From: an uncultured Fibrobacterota bacterium
Lineage (GTDB): Bacteria > Fibrobacterota > Chitinivibrionia > Chitinivibrionales > FEN-1185
Assembly (NCBI GenBank): GCA_963729895.1
Contig: CAVSQB010000001.1
Location: 33,868 to 97,867 of the forward strand
DNA: 64,000 nucleotides
Direction of reading: 5' to 3'
How positions within the stretch are numbered: the stretch's first letter is position 1; each line of letters opens with the position of its first letter. This document shows, piece after piece, positions 58,070-64,000 of the stretch. The position numbers were made by a program, and so were the translations under genes. The notes under the pieces were generated by a model. The model did not search any database. It was not told the origin of the DNA and saw only the letters and a list, made by a program, of their open reading frames with translations.

Positions 58070-59376
58070 CAGTAGTGTCCGGTTAAATTGACAACAAGAG
58101 AAGGGCTACCAACCTATTTTTATCGTTGAAGGTTTAGTTTTTGACGATTAAAAAGAGGAGGCAGCCCTTGAACAGAAGAAATACAATATTCAATCAGATA
58201 ACGCAACTGTTGAATCGGAAGGGATTCTGGCGCATTGTTAATCGGTACGAAGGAGACAGGTACGTAAAGAGCATGACCTGCTGGCAGGAGATGCAGATTT
58301 TGCTCTTTTCGCTGGTAAAGGATTTGGTCAGCTTTCGGGATGTAGAAGCGTGTCTGAAGAGCAATGCGGATAAGTGGGAACATATTGGTCTTGCGAGTGT
58401 AGCCCGCAGTACACTGGCAGATGCACTCGCTCTCCGGCCATACAAGATGTTTGAAGATCTTTTCTATCAGTTTCTGGATAAATGCCAGCGATTGGCACCT
58501 CGTCATGACTTTCGGGTAAAGGTTCCGGTATTTACGCATGATTCAACCTTGATCAGCGTATGTCTGTCATCGTTTCCATGGGCACGGTATCGCAGGCGCA
58601 AAGGTGGATTGAAACTTCATATGCTTCTGGACCATGACGGTTACCTACCGTCGTTTATCCGGATGACGGACGGGAAAGTCCATGACATTCGGGTGGTGAA
58701 AGATGCCGAATATGATTTTCCTGCGCTTCCGCCGGACAGCATCCTCACCATTGATCGAGGCTACACAGATTTTGGCTGGCTTCATTCACTGCATACGACT
58801 GGTGTTACATTCGTGATCCTGGCAAAATCCAACATGGCATATCATCTTGTCGGACAGCACAAAGAACCGAACGTAAGACGCGGAATTATCCGTGATCAGG
58901 AAGTCGAAATGTCGAATTTTTACGAAAGCAAGGCATATCCGGAGAAGCTGCGACTGATACAGTATTACAACAAGGAGTTAAACAAGAACCTGGTCTTTCT
59001 GACGAACAATTTCACGTTGTCGGCAACGACAATTGCTGCACTGTACAAGGGAAGATGGGAGATAGAAACATTTTTCAAGTGGATCAAGCAGCACTTGAAG
59101 ATAAAGACGTTCTACGGGACCAGCGAAAACGCGGTAATGACACAGGTGTGGATAGCCATGATCTTGTATCTCCTGTTGTCGTTTATAAAATTCCAAGCAC
59201 GGTATGCCTTCACCATGCTGGAATTACTGCGGGTTATCCGAGAAAGGCTGCTTGGTTTTGAAAGCTTGATTGAATTACTACGGGTCAATTACGAGCGGTT
59301 ACGTTCTTTGCGCTCCGCTCCAGTGCAATTATCATTCTATTAGCCATTGGTCAAGAGGTTTAGCCGGACAGGGCTG
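58070..59376 (+). mobile_element. IS4-family insertion sequence, 1307 bp
   Basis: TIRs CAGTAGTGTCCGGTTAAA / CAGCCCTGTCCGGCTAAA; 9-bp flanks ACTCCATTT / AATCCATTT (8/9). Confidence 0.9.
58168..59343 (+). CDS. IS4-family transposase (DUF4372 + DDE)
   Basis: RSTLADA, DSTLISVC, KLHMLLD, IDRGY, YKGRWEIETFFKWIKQHL; TTG start after GAGGAGG. Confidence 0.95.
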   Translation: MNRRNTIFNQITQLLNRKGFWRIVNRYEGDRYVKSMTCWQEMQILLFSLVKDLVSFRDVEACLKSNADKWEHIGLASVARSTLADALALRPYKMFEDLFYQFLDKCQRLAPRHDFRVKVPVFTHDSTLISVCLSSFPWARYRRRKGGLKLHMLLDHDGYLPSFIRMTDGKVHDIRVVKDAEYDFPALPPDSILTIDRGYTDFGWLHSLHTTGVTFVILAKSNMAYHLVGQHKEPNVRRGIIRDQEVEMSNFYESKAYPEKLRLIQYYNKELNKNLVFLTNNFTLSATTIAALYKGRWEIETFFKWIKQHLKIKTFYGTSENAVMTQVWIAMILYLLLSFIKFQARYAFTMLELLRVIRERLLGFESLIELLRVNYERLRSLRSAPVQLSFY

Positions 59377-59508
59377 AATCCATTTCATGATTTAGTATTG
59401 TTGTTGAGCAGTGGCATAGGAACCCGGATCGCAGATCCGGGCCACGCGGATCAAAATTGATCGAAGCACCCGCGCGCGGCCACCTGTCGAAGAAGCCGAC
59501 GGCACGAT

Positions 59509-60459
59509 TCAGGAAATGACAAAATGGAGTACAACCAATGCACCCCATTCATCACCTCCAACCACGGTGTAGATACCGGGGATGAAGTTACGGAAGGTCG
59601 CTGCGGGACTGCCAACCCAATATCCTGCGGAAGCGACCCCGGAGGTCATTTGAATCGAGTCGAATGGCCCGAAGTTGAAACTGGTGTAGATGGCAGCTAC
59701 GTCGCTTGAAGGTTGAAAATCATAGGCAGTAATTCCAGCAAGGATCATCGGGCAATGATATGTTGCATTCGGGTCGTAAAGATCAAGCGGTGTGACCGAA
59801 GCCACGCTTTCTATATCGTAATTTCCCTGCAGGACGGCGATTCCAAAAGGATAGTTAAGCGGCCCGCAAGGACCCACGTTTAAACCCTGAACCAGCCACT
59901 CATTAGCTGTTTTGACGCTATTTTCTGCGGCCAGGGCGTTCTTTTCAGAAATTGTAACGGAAATCTGCTGTCCCGGCTGATAGGTTGTTGAGTCTATTGA
60001 CAAAGTAAGGCTCAGGCCATTTTTAGAGACGACGGTAGAAGTTTTAGTGAAGGTGTCCGATGGTTGCATACATCCCATAGCATCGGAGATTTCGGATTGG
60101 AGCTTCTTACATTCTTCTACAAACACGTAAGCAAAGAACAGGTTGACGGTATCGGCTCGACCCGAAATTGCCGTAATCGTATCACTCCTGTTGCTGCTAT
60201 CACTATTGTTGATGGCAATGACGGTATATCGACCGGGAGAAACATCGATTACATACCTACCTTGTGAATCTGTTTTCACAGTGTCGGTTGATGGATTTGT
60301 AAACACATTCGCACCCATGATTGGGTCAACTAATGAATCGTTCCGGTTCGCAAAGAAAACCTGTCCTTGAATAGTGGCTTTCGGAACAGGCGCTATTGAC
60401 TGAGTACCACAACCGGACAGAAACAACAGAGCGATGAGAAGCCGTTTAAAAATTCTCAT
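59509..60459 (-). CDS. Lipoprotein: carboxypeptidase-regulatory-like domain + unknown C-terminal domain
   Basis: Lipobox LSGC; TDSQGRY; C-terminal YTVVGGDEWG; AT-richer than the core genes. Confidence 0.75.
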   Translation of the reverse strand: MRIFKRLLIALLFLSGCGTQSIAPVPKATIQGQVFFANRNDSLVDPIMGANVFTNPSTDTVKTDSQGRYVIDVSPGRYTVIAINNSDSSNRSDTITAISGRADTVNLFFAYVFVEECKKLQSEISDAMGCMQPSDTFTKTSTVVSKNGLSLTLSIDSTTYQPGQQISVTISEKNALAAENSVKTANEWLVQGLNVGPCGPLNYPFGIAVLQGNYDIESVASVTPLDLYDPNATYHCPMILAGITAYDFQPSSDVAAIYTSFNFGPFDSIQMTSGVASAGYWVGSPAATFRNFIPGIYTVVGGDEWGALVVLHFVIS

Positions 60460-60720
60460 TCTATCTCCCTTTTTTGAACTACTTCAACGTTCATGCGCTT
60501 TCGGAACACGAGGCGCTTTGCCATTCCCACACGTCCCTTGACACTGCTATAGTCGTTGGAAGGATATGGGAAGTTCAATGGCTTATCCCGGGGGAAATGC
60601 AACATACGTCCAGAAGATCCAGGAGGCATTTCGTGGATGAGAGAACGGCTCAATTGTGAGTTGCGAGGCGATGGCACGTGCCAACCATCGGGACTGCATC
60701 CGGCTGAGTTTATTCACCTA

Positions 60721-61635
60721 CTATCGGGAGATCTTTGAATAGTAGTAATTCAGGAACGCACGTGCGTCCGGAACGGCCGCACCCGGCGAAGCATAGTTTG
60801 AGAAATCCAGTTCTATGTAGTAGTTCCGGAAATGCGCATGCACGGACAATCCGCCGCCGCCGGCATCGAACCCGAGTGCGGTGGTGTCTGAAAAGGGTGA
60901 AATGGTGTCTCTCGTCGCCCAGGAATCCAAGGTGATCCAAAGATTGAATTCCGCTTTTGCGCCCGAGTCGGTCCCGTAGTCGATGACAATCGCCGTCAGC
61001 TCGCTGTCGCTTTGCGGATTCTTCAAATAGGTGAGAATACCGTCTTTCAAATCGTCGCTGCCGTTGCAAGGCCCGCAATAATCGACGCATCCGCCGTCAA
61101 AGAATCTGTATACTGTGGAGTCCACGAACGGCATCGCCGTCGCCGTACTGTCACCTCTGGACGAGTCCACCACCCAACCGCTTATCTGATTGGTAATTAT
61201 CAGGGAGTTGATTTCCGGAACCGGGCACATCGTTGTTGCTATCCTGAAAACCACGTTAGGCCTGTCCTGCCCAAGAACGCGAACGACAAGGCACCCTTCT
61301 TGATTCTTGTGAACAAAAGAACCTGCACAACCGACCAGGATCCGCAGCGGATTCGGATCAGGGTCCCAGGTTTTCCCGCTGTCGAGTGAAATGGAGACAG
61401 TGCATTGCGTTACGCTACCCGTGTCTTGCGGCAGGAAACCGACACGGCAATCTCTGCTGTATCTTTGCTGAAGTACTCCGTTTTCATCATACCAGGAGCT
61501 GTCGCTGTTCCAAACGCTGTCGACAAATACCGAGTCGACATGCAGCGCCTGCGCGGAAGCATTCCACGCGGAAAGAACGACGACACACCAGGCAACCCCG
61601 GATACGCGCCCCACGATCTTTCTGATTGTTTTCAT
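60721..61635 (-). CDS. Secreted hypothetical protein
   Basis: Signal peptide ASA-QA; SLDSGKTW Asp-box; Cys pairs. Confidence 0.7.
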   Translation of the reverse strand: MKTIRKIVGRVSGVAWCVVVLSAWNASAQALHVDSVFVDSVWNSDSSWYDENGVLQQRYSRDCRVGFLPQDTGSVTQCTVSISLDSGKTWDPDPNPLRILVGCAGSFVHKNQEGCLVVRVLGQDRPNVVFRIATTMCPVPEINSLIITNQISGWVVDSSRGDSTATAMPFVDSTVYRFFDGGCVDYCGPCNGSDDLKDGILTYLKNPQSDSELTAIVIDYGTDSGAKAEFNLWITLDSWATRDTISPFSDTTALGFDAGGGGLSVHAHFRNYYIELDFSNYASPGAAVPDARAFLNYYYSKISR

Positions 61636-61649
61636 GGATATGTTTCCCC

Positions 61650-62054
61650 TCACCAGCTCACGATAAATCGGCGCACATAGTTCTTGGCATCGCCTTGAAC
61701 ACGCACCGTGTAAATACCGGCCGCAAGCGTTTGCGGTTCAAAATGCACTGAAGTGCCGCTGAATCCGCGCTGCCGGTAGATCTGCCGGCCCGCAATATCG
61801 TACACTGCCACGTCGGAAATCCCACGCTCCATGGCCGGCAGCGTGACAAGGATACCGCTTCCGGTCGTTGTAACGCGTAACCCGCTGTCGCCCCTGCCGC
61901 GAGCGGCGACCGCGCGGATTGCCGTGGGCCCGCTCTTTGCACCTGCCTTTAGAGTGAAAGCCGCAGTCTGACCGCTTGCGTCATGACATACCTGGCACCA
62001 GCATGCTGCGGCGCAGGCAAGGACCAGCGTGGACATCACGGTGATTCGTTTCAT
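61650..62054 (-). CDS. Small secreted protein consisting mostly of a T9SS-type C-terminal sorting domain
   Basis: Signal peptide; VAVYDIAGRQI...LAAGIYTVRV...RRFIV. Confidence 0.75.
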   Translation of the reverse strand: MKRITVMSTLVLACAAACWCQVCHDASGQTAAFTLKAGAKSGPTAIRAVAARGRGDSGLRVTTTGSGILVTLPAMERGISDVAVYDIAGRQIYRQRGFSGTSVHFEPQTLAAGIYTVRVQGDAKNYVRRFIVSW

Positions 62055-62203
62055 GGCACGTCTCCTTGAGAGTGGGAAAAGGCCCCGGAGAGAGCATCCG
62101 GTCCATCAATAAAGATACTAGTCGTCAAAGGGGAAAAAAGAGTTCATAACAAAACGGATCAATTTCGTTCCCCCGCTGAAAGGCCGGATTCCTGCGTAAA
62201 TAT

Positions 62204-62344
62204 TTGGGCGTTCCCTTCGCTTCGCTCAGGTCGGCCCTCCCTTCGGGCTCGGCTGGTCAGCCTCGGTGCCGGATCGCCCTATGCCTGTCGGCCGGGGCGA
62301 CCGGCACTCCCGCAATCGCGGGACCCTGTGGTCCTGCTTAACGC
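62204..62344 (-). repeat. Structured repeat family A, copy 4
   Basis: Reverse complement reads AGTGCCG-hairpin-CGGCACCGAGGCTG-AC-CAGCCGAGCCCGAAGGGAGGGCCG...ACGCCCAA. Confidence 0.85.
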
Positions 62345-62430
62345 AAAAAGCAAGAAAACAAAACCCGTCTTGGTTTCCCCTCAATGGCGCAGCTGCGGCC
62401 GGAAGACCAGGGACAATGTATTCGGTATTG

Positions 62431-62552
62431 GATTTTGTTAACCGGGTGCCGCTACGGTGCGCGCAACTGAAGGTGCGGGCTTGCCACGGGCACATCTACG
62501 CCGCACCGGCTCAGCAATCCACACTATTATTTAAATATTGTCGCACCGGCTC
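62431..62552 (-). repeat. Repeat family B, copy 3
   Basis: Reverse complement GAGCCGGTGCGACAATAT...TTGCTGAGCCGGTGCGGCGTAGATGTGCCCGTGGCAAGCCC...GCACCGTAG...CCCGGTTAACAAAATC. Confidence 0.85.
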
Positions 62553-62794
62553 GGCGAACCAGAACCATATTACTTAGCAATCGCCGCGCGGCAGCGGGGC
62601 GGCCAACTCCCGTTCCGCATTTGCAATGGAGACACCCGGCTCCATGTCTTTACTGCATCACGATTTTTTCGGTACGAACCTTCTCTCCCTCGGAAATCCT
62701 TACGAAATAGATTCCCTTGGAATAGTTCGAAAGGTCAATTTGATTTGATACGCGCTGTTTAAGGTCGGATGCCTCGAACACCTTGGCTCCCTAG

Positions 62795-64000
62795 CAGGTT
62801 GTTGAAATAGTCCTAACAGAAGCGCTCTTGTTGATTTTTTATGAACCTAACTTCAACTTTACATATGTCAGAGAGGTTTTACCTGCCTCGTTCCGAGGCA
62901 TTTCCCCGGATTCCCAGGCCATTCTCATGCTGCCCCCACCGTTTGCGGCATCAACTTAACCATGCGTATCAAGTTGTACGCTGCGGCAACCACGTAGGCA
63001 ACAGTCTGGTTGATTCGTATTCCTCTTACCCGAGTTTTCCGCAGGCCACCGACGCTCTTGATCCACCCAAATATCTCTTCAACCCGTTTTCGTTTCCTTT
63101 GACTTACGCTGTATCCCTTATGCCGAGTCGTTCTTCCATCCAACCCTTTAAGCGAAGTGTTGGCCTTCTCGGCAATGTGAGGCTTCACGTGCAGGCGTCG
63201 CAGGCTCTTGATAAATTCGGTTGCATGATACCCTTTGTCTGCACCCACCGTCTTCATCCGGCGTTTTCCGCGCCTGCGTTCATGCTTTATCAGCTCAAGC
63301 GCCATATCCCGTTCCGCTGTCCCCGTCGCTGGCGCAATGGCGATATCAACACACAACCCATTTCGGTTTTCCATCAGCACGTGACCGGAATACGCCAGCT
63401 GCGCTCCCGTTCTCTTGTTCTTCCGAGCCAACAGCGCCTCTGGATCGGTCGAACTCTGATGTGTCTCATTGCTTCGCTTCTCATGGTGGAAATCAACCGA
63501 CGGATTACTCCGATCATCGTCAGTCTTGTTCGCCGATTCCGCGTCTTTTCGCTTGAAGCTCTTCATCGATGCCCAGGCTTCAATCAACGTGCCGTCAACC
63601 GTGAAATGCTCATCGGACAACAACTCTTCGGAACGAGCAAGACGCACGATTTCCTGCATCAGCCGGTGCGCAATCTCCTGTTCCATAAGTCGATCTCGGT
63701 TCTTCGAAAACACACTATGATCAAACGATGCCGCATCCAGATCCATGTCAAGAAACCATCGGAACAGAATGTTATAGTCCAGCATCTCGCAAAACAACCG
63801 GTCCGACCGTATCGAAAACAAAGCCATCAATATCTGTGCTTTCAAAAGCCATTCCGGCGGTATCGAAGGGCGTCCCATCCGGCTGTACATCGCCTCAAAG
63901 TCACGAGAAAGGCGGCGCAGCGCTATGTCCGTAAACTGTTTGACACGACGAAGCGGGTGCGTTGCCGGCACTCGGGAATCCGGAGAAACGAAGCTGAACA
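62795..64000 (-). mobile_element. Second copy of the IS5-family element (runs off the window)
   Basis: CTAG then CAGGTTGTTGAAATAG; matches 39401 onward with one difference seen. Confidence 0.95.
62925..64000 (-). CDS. IS5-family transposase (5' end outside the window)
   Basis: Protein identical to 39531-40640 over the visible part. Confidence 0.95.
   Translation of the reverse strand, partial: FSFVSPDSRVPATHPLRRVKQFTDIALRRLSRDFEAMYSRMGRPSIPPEWLLKAQILMALFSIRSDRLFCEMLDYNILFRWFLDMDLDAASFDHSVFSKNRDRLMEQEIAHRLMQEIVRLARSEELLSDEHFTVDGTLIEAWASMKSFKRKDAESANKTDDDRSNPSVDFHHEKRSNETHQSSTDPEALLARKNKRTGAQLAYSGHVLMENRNGLCVDIAIAPATGTAERDMALELIKHERRRGKRRMKTVGADKGYHATEFIKSLRRLHVKPHIAEKANTSLKGLDGRTTRHKGYSVSQRKRKRVEEIFGWIKSVGGLRKTRVRGIRINQTVAYVVAAAYNLIRMVKLMPQTVGAA

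Noticed and set aside
61984..61998. CQVCH heme motif in the small secreted protein
   Set aside because: The first Cys probably belongs to the signal peptide, and the rest of the protein is a beta-sandwich sorting domain.
57592..62054. Integron cassette array among the accessory secreted genes
   Set aside because: No attC-like RYYYAAC...GTTRRRY sites or integrase were seen, and the genes are in mixed orientation.

Overview
Bacterial chromosomal window, GC-rich overall with AT-richer accessory patches. It is most likely Fibrobacterota (Chitinivibrionia-like); this is inferred from a TIGR02171-type protein, a FISUMP protein and FCB-type C-terminal sorting domains. The left half (1-33.7 kb, mostly minus strand) carries the galT start, an FGE-domain protein, a polyphosphate cluster (ppx, ppk1 and an HD-CHAD-SixA fusion), recA-alaS-GGGP synthase and adk. 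It then has a radical SAM plus MenA-like pair, a full siroheme-dependent (Ahb) heme operon with system II cytochrome c maturation, and multiheme cytochromes. At about 33765 two 5'-truncated genes (a multiheme cytochrome and a transketolase) are joined back-to-back, which is either a rearrangement or an assembly chimera. The right half has a response regulator, ferritin-like genes and rnfCDGEAB, split by an IS5 element. It also has an AmmeMemoRadiSam system with apparent export signals, interrupted by a FISUMP gene, plus a DUF4160/DUF2442 TA pair, a TonB-fused receptor, DUF401, secreted proteins, an IS4 and a second IS5. The least explained signal is a pair of dispersed, structured non-coding repeat families (B, about 110-125 bp; A, about 140 bp). 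They recur in the order B-A-gene, show compensatory base changes, bracket the FISUMP gene like a cassette, and have a central hairpin that collects insertions (IS5 and a triple-nested REP). No rRNA, tRNA or CRISPR array was seen.
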